A stretch of 64,000 bases of DNA from an uncultured Alphaproteobacteria bacterium (GTDB taxonomy: Bacteria; Pseudomonadota; Alphaproteobacteria; Rhizobiales; Beijerinckiaceae). The notes under the pieces are model-generated. The model had not been told where the DNA came from and made no database searches. It saw only the letters and a program-made list of their open reading frames with translations. The stretch is taken from positions 1,556 to 65,555 of the forward strand of contig CAWAXL010000012.1 in assembly GCA_963785995.1 (NCBI GenBank), in the 5' to 3' direction. How positions within the stretch are numbered: position 1 is the first letter of the stretch; the number at the start of each line of letters is the position of its first letter. Below are positions 9,373 to 17,989 of the stretch, one piece after another. The position numbers and the translations under genes were made by a program.

Positions 9373-11431
9373 AATGATTCCGGCGGTCATCCTCAAGAAG
9401 AAGGCTGTCGTCTATGTGCGCCAGTCGACGCAATCCCAGGTGATGACCAACCTGGAGGGCAAGCGGCGCCAATATGATCTGGTCGATGTCGCCCGCCAAC
9501 ACGGTTTCGTGGATGTTGAAATCATCGACGACGATCTCGGCCGGTCGGCGAGCGGAACGGTGGCGCGCCCCGGCTTTGACCGCTTGGTGGCATGGCTGTG
9601 CGCCGGGAAGGTCGGCGCTGTCTTGTGCTTCGATGCTTCCAGGCTCGCGCGAAACGGTCGCGATTGGCATCACCTGCTTGAATTGTGTGGGCTTGTCGAA
9701 GCCCGCGTCATTGATGGCGAGGGTGTCTATAACCCGTGTCGCCCAAATGATCGCCTACTCCTTGGCATGAAAGGCAGCATCAGCGAGTTCGAACTCGGCG
9801 TGCTACGCACCAGGATGTTGGACGCCGCCCGGTCCAAGGCCAGCCGGGGCGAGCTGCGCTTGTCGGTTCCCTTCGGCTACATCTGGCACCGGGAAGCAGG
9901 GCTTGGCCTTGATCCCGATCTACGTCTCCAGGAGGTCATTCGCCTCATCTTCGTCCGCTTCCGTGAACTCGGCAGCGCGCGCCAGGTTCTGCTCTCGATG
10001 AAAGCCGATCATATCCACTTCCCACGTCCCTCTGATGAGGGCCGCATGACGAGCTTCGACTGGACGCCGATCCGCTACCGCAATGTGATCGCCGTTCTCA
10101 AGAATCCCTTCTACGCCGGGGTCTACGTTTACGGGAAAAGCGAGAAACGCACCTCCATTGTCGACGGAAGGGCACGACGGAGCTACGGGCATGGCAAGCC
10201 GATCGGGACATGGGAGGTGATGATCAAGGATCATCACGAAGGCTATATCCGCTGGGCGGAATATGAGCGCAACCAGAAGCAGCTCGCCCTCAACAATTAC
10301 GGCCGTGCCGGAGGCGTGAAGTCCGGCCGGGGCGGCAAGGCGCTTCTGTCAGGCGTCATGACTTGCCGTCGATGCGGACGGCGACTGAGCGTCGCATATA
10401 CGGGCAATCCTCAAAGTCGGCCGGTATATCGCTGCGACAAGCCAAACCTTATGATGGGGCTGCCGCGGTGCATGACCTTCGGCGGCCCGCGAGTCGACGC
10501 GGCGGTCTCCCGAGAGTTGTTGCTGGCGGTGGAGCCAATGGCGATTGACGCGGCTTTCGAGGCGGAGCGGATGCACCGGGAACAACAGGAAGACCAGCAA
10601 CGCATCTTGGACATGGAAATGCAGCAGGCTCGTTATGAGGCAAGTCTGGCCGAGCGCCGTTACGCGGCCTGCGATCCCGACAATCGTCTCATTGCCGCAC
10701 AGTTAGAAAGAAACTGGGAGACGGCGCTGCGGCGTGTCCGGGAACTGGAGATGCGCCAGCCCGCGGAACGGCCGTCAGACATCGAGGTCGACCCGAGCGC
10801 CTTCACGAACCTGGCGGACAATCTGTCGGCAGCATGGCATGCTCCGAACGTTACGATGCGTGCCCGACAGCAACTGCTGCGGACATTGATCGCCGACATC
10901 ATCGTCGATGTCGACGACGACGCGCGTGAGGTCGTGCTCACGATTCATTGGCGTGGCGGTCAGCATTCCGAACTGCGCGTCCGTAAACCACGGGCTGGCG
11001 AGCATGGTTGCGCGACGACAGAGGACGCTTTGGCGGTCATGCGCAGCATGGCCGGTCGCTGGTCGGACGAGCATATCGCCGCGTCGCTCAATCGAATGGG
11101 CATGCCCACAGGCCAAGGCAAAACCTGGACAGCGCATCGCGTTTCTTCGGTTCGACGCGTGCGTGGAATCCATGCCTATCGATCGGCGGAAAAGGACGGC
11201 GAATGGCTCACCATGACGGAGGCGGCAAAGCTGTTGGGCGTCACACACCATACAATTCGGCGCCTGATCAAAACGGGCGTCCTTCCTGCGGTGCAGGTTG
11301 TTGCCGGCGCTCCGCATCAAATACGGGCCGACGACTTGGCGTCGGACCCGGTGAGAACGGCGGTGGCCCGTAAAGGTCGCCCGTGTCGCGCTGTCGACGC
11401 GGACACGCTTCCAATGTTTCCAGATACTTGA
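9359..11431 (+). CDS. Large serine recombinase with C-terminal excisionase-like HTH
   Basis: AVVYVRQS catalytic motif, DASRLARN, recombinase domain, Zn ribbon CRRC...YRC, coiled coil, WLTMTEAAKLLGVTHHTIRRLIKTG; intact; RBS GAGGAG. Confidence 0.95.
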   Translation: MTSAEMIPAVILKKKAVVYVRQSTQSQVMTNLEGKRRQYDLVDVARQHGFVDVEIIDDDLGRSASGTVARPGFDRLVAWLCAGKVGAVLCFDASRLARNGRDWHHLLELCGLVEARVIDGEGVYNPCRPNDRLLLGMKGSISEFELGVLRTRMLDAARSKASRGELRLSVPFGYIWHREAGLGLDPDLRLQEVIRLIFVRFRELGSARQVLLSMKADHIHFPRPSDEGRMTSFDWTPIRYRNVIAVLKNPFYAGVYVYGKSEKRTSIVDGRARRSYGHGKPIGTWEVMIKDHHEGYIRWAEYERNQKQLALNNYGRAGGVKSGRGGKALLSGVMTCRRCGRRLSVAYTGNPQSRPVYRCDKPNLMMGLPRCMTFGGPRVDAAVSRELLLAVEPMAIDAAFEAERMHREQQEDQQRILDMEMQQARYEASLAERRYAACDPDNRLIAAQLERNWETALRRVRELEMRQPAERPSDIEVDPSAFTNLADNLSAAWHAPNVTMRARQQLLRTLIADIIVDVDDDAREVVLTIHWRGGQHSELRVRKPRAGEHGCATTEDALAVMRSMAGRWSDEHIAASLNRMGMPTGQGKTWTAHRVSSVRRVRGIHAYRSAEKDGEWLTMTEAAKLLGVTHHTIRRLIKTGVLPAVQVVAGAPHQIRADDLASDPVRTAVARKGRPCRAVDADTLPMFPDT

Positions 11432-11459
11432 AAAAGGGGCGCACAATGACTCACGCATC

Positions 11460-12903
11460 GCTATACCGCGCACCGCTCGTTCGGCGGCATTGTTGCTAAG
11501 GCAGACTCGCCCATCGTCTAGGAAGCGGGTGAAGGCGGTCCAGCGTTTGAGGACGTAGTCGATCGCCTTGGCGAGGTCGTTCCGCGCGAGAGCTGGCACG
11601 TTGCTCGCGCAGCCAGCTGTCCAGCGCCTCGACGAGTGGCGACTGAGCTCCTGACGGACGCACCCGCGCTCCTCCGGCGCGTTGCCGTTGATCGTCCGCT
11701 CGATCTCGAACAGTGCATCGATGCGTCGCACGGCTTCCATGGCTAGCGGCGAGATCACTCCCGGCGTTTGGCCTTGCGCCTTGCGACGGGCGTTCTCGCC
11801 AGATCAGCCATGGCGAAGAAAGGGCGGCGGGCATGGGCCCAGCATGCTGCTTCCAGGATCGGGCCCGGCTTGCGATCGGGCTCGTATAACTTGTTGTATC
11901 CGCCGTAAGCGTCAGCCTGGAAGATTCCGGCATAGGTGGCCAGATGCGCCTGGGGGTGCTCGCCGGCTCGATCGCGCGAGTAATAGAACATTGCTGCCGG
12001 CGGCGCGGCGCCGCCGAAAGGGCGATCGTCGCGCACATAAACCCAACATCGACCGGTGTCGGTCTTGCCCTTGGCCAGGACCGGCACGGTGGTGTCATCG
12101 CCGTGCAATCGGTCGGCTGCAAAGACATGCGCTTCAAAGCGCTTGAGGATCGGGTCCAGCACCGCGCAGCCGGCCCCCACCTGGTCGGCCAAGGTCGACA
12201 AGCTGAGCGGCACGCCTTCCTTGGCGTAGCGTTCGGCCTGGCGGTTGAGCGGCTGATGCTGCCCGAACTTCTCGAACAGGATCAATGCCAGAAGACTGGG
12301 ACCGGCCCAGCCCCTGGCGATCACATGGAACGGCGCCGGAGCCTGGCTGATCTTCTCGCAGTCCCGGCAGGTGAATTTCTCGCGGACATGCTGGATCACC
12401 TTCCATTGGCGTGGGATTGATTCCAGCGTCTCGGTGATGCTCTCGCCCAATTTGCGCAGCCGCCCGCCGCCGCAGCAAAGGCAAGCGCTCGGTCCCGGCA
12501 CGATAACCCGCTCGCGCGGCAGATGCTCGGGGAACGGCTTGCGCGCGGGGCGCTTGCGGGTGAAGGCCGCCACCGTTGTGGTTTTGGCCACGGCCATCTC
12601 GGCGACGATTTCGTCCTCGGTAGCCGAACTCTCCAGCTCCTCGAACTGCAACTCGATCTGATCCAGAAGCCGGGATGTGCGTTCCGAGCGCGGGCCATAG
12701 AGCTGCCGCGTCAGCTTCTCGATCCGCAGTTGCTGGTGGGCGATCAGGGCCTGATCATCGGAGGCCTTGGCTCTCGCCACTGCGAGTTCCGCTTCAGCGT
12801 ATGCTGCCCTGGCCACTTCGACGATACGCGCATCGCGCGCCGCGACCAGCGCCGCCTTTAGCTCCTCGATGTCATTGGGAAAGGCTTCACGACCCGAATC
12901 CAT
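11460..12903 (-). pseudogene. tnpC: IS66 TnpC N-terminal and catalytic part, with frameshifts near the 3' end
   Basis: LYGPRSER, HLPRERV, CLCCGG, LHGDDTTVPVL, QADAYGGY, CWAHARR, SNNAAERAVRGIA. Confidence 0.93.
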
Positions 12904-12961
12904 ACCCAGATAGAATCATAAATATCGGCGGATAACTCGTAAAAAATGAAGCGTCCGCGAC

Positions 12962-13309
12962 TTATCCTGCACGTTCCGGACGAAAGGTATGACGCGGATT
13001 CCGCCAATCGATTCCGTCGAGCATATAGGCCAACTGCGAGGCCGAGATTCCAACTACGCCGTCCGTCGGCGATGGCCAGATGAAGCGGCCTTTCTCCAGC
13101 CTTTTGGCGTAGAGCGACATGCCGAGACCGTCATGCCAAAGAATCTTAATCAGGTCACCTCTGGCGCCTCTAAAGACGTAAAGATCACCTGCGTGGGGAT
13201 CGCGTCGCAGCGCTTCCTGGACCTGTAGAGCCAGGCCATTCATGCCGCGCCTCATATCCGTTCGTCCGACCGCAAGCCAGACCCGCACACCAGAGGGAAC
13301 CGGGATCAT
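12962..13309 (-). CDS. tnpB: IS66 accessory protein TnpB
   Basis: MIPVPSGVRVWLAVGRTDMRRGMNGL...KILWHDGLG...KRLEKGRFIWP. Confidence 0.95.
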   Translation of the reverse strand: MIPVPSGVRVWLAVGRTDMRRGMNGLALQVQEALRRDPHAGDLYVFRGARGDLIKILWHDGLGMSLYAKRLEKGRFIWPSPTDGVVGISASQLAYMLDGIDWRNPRHTFRPERAG

Positions 13310-13695
13310 CGCCGCTCCAGCACATCGAGTACACGCCGCAGTGCTTGCGCATCGACGCCGCTGCTGACGCGGACACGGTACTTGCCGGAAAGTTCAATCT
13401 CGATCGTCTCCGCGCCGGTCGACGGCTGCGTGGCGACAGCATCCGGTTCCGCTGTAACCGTCACCGGGATCAGTTGAGGAGCCGACCGGAGGGCCGGCGC
13501 ACCCCGGTCGTCGCGATAGCGCCTCCGCCAATTGAATACCTGGTTCGCATTCACGTCGTAATGACGGGCAACCATTGAGACCGACGAGCCAGGCGCAAAC
13601 GACGCCGCCACGATCTCCCGCTTCAGCGCCTCCGGCCACGAGCGGTTACGCGGCCGCCCAGTCGCCATTATGCCCATAAACAACTTTGTGGACAC
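13306..13695 (-). CDS. tnpA: IS66 accessory protein TnpA (HTH); start uncertain
   Basis: RSWPEALKREIVAASFAPGSSVSMVARHYDVNANQVFNWRR. Confidence 0.92.
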   Translation of the reverse strand: MSTKLFMGIMATGRPRNRSWPEALKREIVAASFAPGSSVSMVARHYDVNANQVFNWRRRYRDDRGAPALRSAPQLIPVTVTAEPDAVATQPSTGAETIEIELSGKYRVRVSSGVDAQALRRVLDVLERR

Positions 13696-13778
13696 TTCTC
13701 ACCCTCACAACGCCAACGATCACATCAGACTCGGCGAAATGAAGCGATTCAGGAAGGCGGCTCTCGGCGGAGGGATAC

Positions 13779-14074
13779 TCCGCTCCCAGGTGCAAGCGTC
13801 CTTCTGGCTGCGACGCCGCAGCGCCTGACGCCACAGAACGGTGACATGGTAGCGGAAGGCCACGAGCGCACGGCTATTGGTCGGCACCGCGTGGTAAGCG
13901 AAGCAGCCGGAGACGACTTGGTTCAGCCATCTTCCCTGTTCGGGAACAGGCCGGTGCATCCGCCGTCGCAGCTCCTCCTTGATCTCTTGGAGCTTCACGC
14001 GCATGCGGTCTCGCCGGGATTTCCTCTTGAGGAGGAAACGGCCTTGTCGCGATTGTCCGCAGATGAGAGTGAAG
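13779..14074 (-). pseudogene. Group II intron RT/maturase fragment (domain X region)
   Basis: FTLICGQSRQGRFLLKRKSRRDRMRVKL...EQGRWLNQVVSG.FAYHAVPTN...LRRRSQKD..TWER. Confidence 0.85.
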
Positions 14075-14297
14075 GGCTCTGTCACGTTGCCAAATAGAGC
14101 ACGTAACAAATCTCCTGGGACGTCAGGCTCACGCCGCAGCGACGACTTCGTGCCATGTCTGCATGGCCGATGCCCTGAAGGCTCGGTGCGTTCTTGCTGA
14201 GGTGAGATGGCGTTGGACATTGAAAGTATTATGGGCTGCTGCATGCACTAAAAGAAATCTTTGCGCGGATCCGACGCTCTTGAACCCTTGCATCATG
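14075..14297 (-). mobile_element. IS6-family right-end remnant
   Basis: Manual translation MQGFKSVGSAQRFL.VHAAAHNTFNVQRHL...MQTWHEVVAAA*, IR GGCTCTGTCACGTTGCCAAATAGAG. Confidence 0.8.
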
Positions 14298-14521
14298 ATC
14301 TGCTCCTGCTTTGCGTCAGAAGGTGGCAGGCGGAACCTTTGTAGTTAGGCCCAGTGCTAAGCCAAGGCTTCATCGAAAAAGCCGTGGAATTTATCAGCCG
14401 GAAGTGAGGCCGAAATTGGATACGACTGGCCTCACTCATGCTCGCAGAGGAGTATTGAGCCATGCGCATTTATGCGCTCCAAAGTTGGACAGTCCAAAAG
14501 ACAGCAAAGGGTTGGTTCATC

Positions 14522-14554
14522 CGGTGCGGTCTGAACGCATTCGAGACCGCACCG
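14522..14554 (-). terminator. Strong hairpin downstream of smbP
   Basis: 11-bp stem CGGTGCGGTCT...AGACCGCACCG; no clear U-tract. Confidence 0.5.
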
Positions 14555-14584
14555 AGTGAGATGGTTTGTGTGCGCCGCCCTGAT

Positions 14585-14923
14585 CTACTTAACCTGTTCC
14601 AAATGCGTCAGTGCGGCCTCGACGTAAGTCGTAGCCACGTCGGCATGGCCCTTTTTGCCCTCATCAATTGCTTGATTCAGATGTTTGATCGCTTCTTCAG
14701 TGTGAGGATTAGCCTTGGCCTTCTCACCGGCCTCCGCGTGCGTAAGCGCGGCCTCGGCGTGAGTGGTGAGGACATCAGCATGTCCCTGCTTGCCATGGTC
14801 AATGGCTTGCTTGGTGTGTGTGATGGCTTCGGCGATATGATCTTCCTCAGCCAGCGAAACCTGCGGCATCAGAAACAGAGCGAGGCCGAGGCCCAACATG
14901 GCGACGATGAGTCTACGGGACAT
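14585..14923 (-). CDS. smbP: Small metal-binding protein SmbP
   Basis: Signal peptide, then periodic His heptads HIAEAITHTKQAIDHGKQGHADVLTTHAEAALTHA. Confidence 0.88.
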   Translation of the reverse strand: MSRRLIVAMLGLGLALFLMPQVSLAEEDHIAEAITHTKQAIDHGKQGHADVLTTHAEAALTHAEAGEKAKANPHTEEAIKHLNQAIDEGKKGHADVATTYVEAALTHLEQVK

Positions 14924-15207
14924 GGGCAAATCCTTCCTCCGGTTGACTTATTGCTTCTCGACATCCTCACCTCTTCTCACGGTGAGGTTGACGATTGTAA
15001 ACCACTCCAAACGTCGATGGTTGCGCCAGGCTGAAACGCGACATCAGTTTTCGGCGCCATAGGTGGAACTTTTGGAGCCCGGAAGCGATGTCAAGAACGG
15101 GGGCGCGCCTCTCCAGCCCCACAAAGGCGGCGCCGGTCTTGCCTCCGCAGGTTATTTGCACCCGTTCCGAGTAACAAACTTGGCCCATCTGAAGAAGGGA
15201 CAAGGGA

Positions 15208-15414
15208 ATGCAGACCGAAATTTCTCCCTACAATGCGAGTGGATATAGAGACGAACATGCGCGCCTAGCTCTACAACGCGCGAACATCATGCATCTGGTT
15301 GACCTGAAACGCGGGGGCTACTCCCCGCGTCGCACAGAAATGCGGATCGAACGCCTCACCGATCGTCCGCGGTCAATTTCGATCTTATCGAAAAGTGCAC
15401 TCCCCGTCGCTTGA
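15208..15414 (+). CDS. Small hypothetical protein
   Basis: 68-aa ORF with purine-rich RBS AAGGGA. Confidence 0.35.
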   Translation: MQTEISPYNASGYRDEHARLALQRANIMHLVDLKRGGYSPRRTEMRIERLTDRPRSISILSKSALPVA

Positions 15415-15615
15415 CGTTCCACCGCTTCTCACCGCGCTCACCCCTCCGGCCTCGCCAGCCTCTCGGTCCGCGTCATCAGGTGGCTCCGCAAGGCCTTGCT
15501 GTTCGCGCTTTGCTTCCTCGCGGCCTCTTGTGCGGCCGGCGTCATAAGCCTTCTGCAAAAGTTTTTGAATTTCTTCTGCCTTTGGTATCAGATGCTCCGC
15601 GTTCACAATTCTCAT
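15385..15615 (-). CDS. Small hypothetical protein
   Basis: 76-aa ORF, GAGGT upstream, charged helical composition. Confidence 0.4.
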   Translation of the reverse strand: MRIVNAEHLIPKAEEIQKLLQKAYDAGRTRGREEAKREQQGLAEPPDDADREAGEAGGVSAVRSGGTSSDGECTFR

Positions 15616-16048
15616 AACCCGACCTCAAATCCATCGTCTTTGCCGGAGTGTTATGATAATTGATCCAAATTCACATAACCCATTTGAGCTGAGTTCAATA
15701 TTCATCGTGTTTTTGTCATCGGTCACATGTTCGGGGTGGCGCAGCCTCCCTGGCGTCCATCCACGCGGTGATGTAATCGGCGAACTCGGTTGCCTTGTTG
15801 AAGGCGGCCTTGCTGAGTCCGTTGGTCGTTTTCCGATGGCGACAAGCGCGTGCGCTGTTGAGCATGGCGTGGATTTTCAGTAGCTCAATCATTGTACAAA
15901 TTCCTTTTTGCGGATTTCAGTGCAGCGCTCGCGACGGCGGCGACGATGGCAACCATCACCGCGGCATTGTGGGCGCGCAACGAGCCGTATGCCAACCAGC
16001 GCCTTGGATCGGGCGTGGTTTTTTTACCAAAAGCGGAAATGCCTCGTG

Positions 16049-16793
16049 ATGATTGATCAGGTCGTAAGCGATGTTGCCGCCTGGATCGTCGCGATCATTT
16101 CCGCGGCCGGTTATCTTGGGATCGCCTTCCTCATGGCGGCGGAATCTGCCTGCATCCCGCTTCCCTCCGAGATCATAATGCCTTTCGCCGGTTACCTCGT
16201 CTCGACTGGGCGCTTCAGCCTGGTCTGAGTCGCGACGGGCGGCGCGCTCGGCTGCAACATAGGATCGACCGTTGCTTACCTCATAGGCGCCCGCGGCGGC
16301 AGGCGTCTGGTCGAGAGGTGGGGGCGCTACGTCCTGATGAGCCGGCGGGAACTCGAGTACGTCGAACACTTCTTTCAGCGATATGGCGGAGTCACCGTAT
16401 TTGTGGGGCAACTCCTTCCGATCGTGCGTCGCCGTTCCTGCTGGCCTGGCGCGGATGCCGCAGGTGCGATTCCAGGTTCTCACTTTCCTGGGCTCGTGGC
16501 CTTGGTGCTTCGCGCTCGCCTATGTCGGCTTGGAACTCGGCGAGCGCTGGAGCAGCGACCCTCGTCTTCGCACGATCTTCCATCGTTTTGATGCTCTGAT
16601 CCTCGCCGCCATTGCCGCAGCGCTGATGTGGCACTTCTGGCGGGTTTGGCCTTCCTTGAGCTTTATGAGCCAGAGAGCGACGAAATCGCGAACTGTTTCC
16701 GCGCATCGGCTTGGTGTCAACCGACGCATACCCCCGTTGTTGTGTTGTTGTCTTCATTTAATTCATCGATCACGTCGCCATAATCGGCAGTGA
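16049..16793 (+). pseudogene. dedA: DedA-family membrane protein with in-frame TGA (16226-16228) and a frameshift; 3' end uncertain
   Basis: LMAAESACIPLPSEIIMPFAG, FFQRYGGVTVFVGQLLPIVR, PAGLARMP. Confidence 0.85.
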
Positions 16794-17175
16794 TCGTAAA
16801 GATTAGGTCAGGCTCAAATGCGTTCCGGGGGATATCAATGATATGCCGATAGTCCAAATCGCGTGACCACGAGAACCCTGGCGGAATAACAAGCGTCACA
16901 CTTGCGCCCTGAAATGCTTGCCGGGCTGGAAAAACGACACGCGTCCTGATTGGAGGTCTTCCGCGGGGAATGTGTGCTCCCTGATTTGTGATCGTCACGA
17001 CTAAGCGCTTGATGCCGCCCGTTGTGTCAAGGGAACAGAACTGTGGCGCGGTCATCTTCGGAAGAAGATCCGGCCGCTCAATCGTTTGCTGCTGAGTGCA
17101 CGCTATAACCAACAAGAGAAGGCCCGCGAGAAGTAAGCCTCGCCAAGAGTTGGCCTGCACGACTCGCTTGATCAT
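16717..17175 (-). CDS. Lipoprotein with CARDB-like Ig domain
   Basis: Lipobox LVIAC; PDL...VTITNQG...ITADYGDVIDELNEDNN. Confidence 0.75.
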   Translation of the reverse strand: MIKRVVQANSWRGLLLAGLLLLVIACTQQQTIERPDLLPKMTAPQFCSLDTTGGIKRLVVTITNQGAHIPRGRPPIRTRVVFPARQAFQGASVTLVIPPGFSWSRDLDYRHIIDIPRNAFEPDLIFTITADYGDVIDELNEDNNTTTGVCVG

Positions 17176-17510
17176 TTGCTCGCCCCAGGATCTTATCAGT
17201 TCGATGATCGAAACATTTATAACTGACATTCCCCGGACGCTTGGAATCAGGCGTTCAGATTGGCTCCATTTGGCCTTTTTGGCAAGCCTGAGCACCCGCG
17301 CCCTTACTGCCCCTTCTCACCTTGCCCGCCGCGCCCGCCCGCTGGCGCTCGACCATGCCCGGCATCATCCCGCTATCTTCTTTTCGTCAGTCCGACGGAC
17401 CCCGCCAACCCGTGTAGGCGCTCGGCGTTGCGCTGGCGGCTAGCGGCGGGCGACACGGGGCGCAAGTGCCAGCTTCGTTCTCTCATTCCATATACTCCCA
17501 TCTCATGTGC

Positions 17511-17569
17511 GTCAGGTGCGTGTGTTCCGAGGTCTTCCGCGATCTGACGGCCACGTTCGATCAGTTGGC
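17511..17569 (-). repeat. Exact 59-bp inverted copy of LSR coding sequence 20184-20242
   Basis: Base-by-base reverse-complement identity. Confidence 0.9.
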
Positions 17570-17740
17570 GGGCGCATTGCTTCCTTCGCCGAGATTGCTG
17601 AGCGTGAGGCCTAGGGCGAACGGCACATCCGCCTACTCGCTCCCCTCGCCTTCCTGTCGCCTCGCATCATTGCGGCGATCGTCAATGGCACCGCACCGGC
17701 GGATCTCACCGTCACCGGCCTCGCCAAGGCCCTGCCCTAG
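17570..17740 (+). pseudogene. C-terminal remnant of a second island-type serine recombinase
   Basis: Manual translation GRIASFAEIAEREA*GERHIRLLAPLAFLSPRIIAAIVNGTAPADLTVTGLAKALP*, parallel to the C-terminus of 19025-20767. Confidence 0.75.
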
Positions 17741-17963
17741 TGCGCCCTGCGAACCGGTCTCTATCCGCAATCGAACCAGTCTCAGCCACGGCTAAACGGA
17801 AATTAGAAAATGGCGAGCAGAGACCGGCGCCCGAAAGCCGCCCCGCAAGGGCCGAAATGCCGAAAAAAATGACCAACCAGAGACTGGGATCCACCAGCGT
17901 AACCCGCGGGAATGTCAGCGATTCTCCCGCACCGGGAAATATCACCCCGGAGACCCGACTGGC

Positions 17964-17989
17964 TGGCTGCCCAGAGAGGATTCGAACTC
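17964..17989 (-). other. Degenerate tRNA 3'-end fragment (att relic)
   Basis: TGGCTGcccagaGAGGATTCGAAC versus tRNA-Gln TGGCTGgggcggGAGGATTCGAAC, at a similar distance downstream of an LSR end. Confidence 0.6.

Larger units (their letters stand above)
8876..11461 (+). mobile_element. Compact LSR integrative element (2,584-bp predicted circle) inserted in IS66 tnpC
   Basis: CGC at both junctions (8875-77, 11459-61); removal gives GGT ATA GCG GTT GGC AGA AAA (GIAVGRK); predicted attP has IR GCACAATGA/TCATTCTGC symmetric about GC. Confidence 0.9.
8596..13778 (-). mobile_element. IS66-family element (tnpA-tnpB-tnpC), interrupted by an LSR element
   Basis: Ends GTATGCATCCGG (8596) and GTATCCCTCCGC (reverse complement ending at 13778); three IS66 ORFs; no target duplication seen. 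Confidence 0.9.

Noticed and set aside
10775-11758. 327-aa minus-strand ORF as a TnpC fusion protein
   Set aside because: It is tnpC reading through the att junction into the antisense strand of the LSR, a by-product of the insertion.
7310-14074. Composite transposon bounded by the two IS6 remnants
   Set aside because: Only the inward-facing right ends survive. There are no outer ends, intact transposase or target duplication.
13779-14074. Retron, DGR or other novel reverse transcriptase system
   Set aside because: Only a ~100-aa group II maturase fragment; no YADD domain and no intron domain V/VI seen.
16226-16228. In-frame TGA in dedA as selenocysteine or recoding
   Set aside because: It lies in a membrane segment where Trp (TGG) is plausible, the gene also has a frameshift, and TGA is an ordinary stop throughout the window.
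17964-17989. A second tRNA gene
   Set aside because: Only a T-arm/acceptor-like fragment with no cloverleaf; treated as an att relic.
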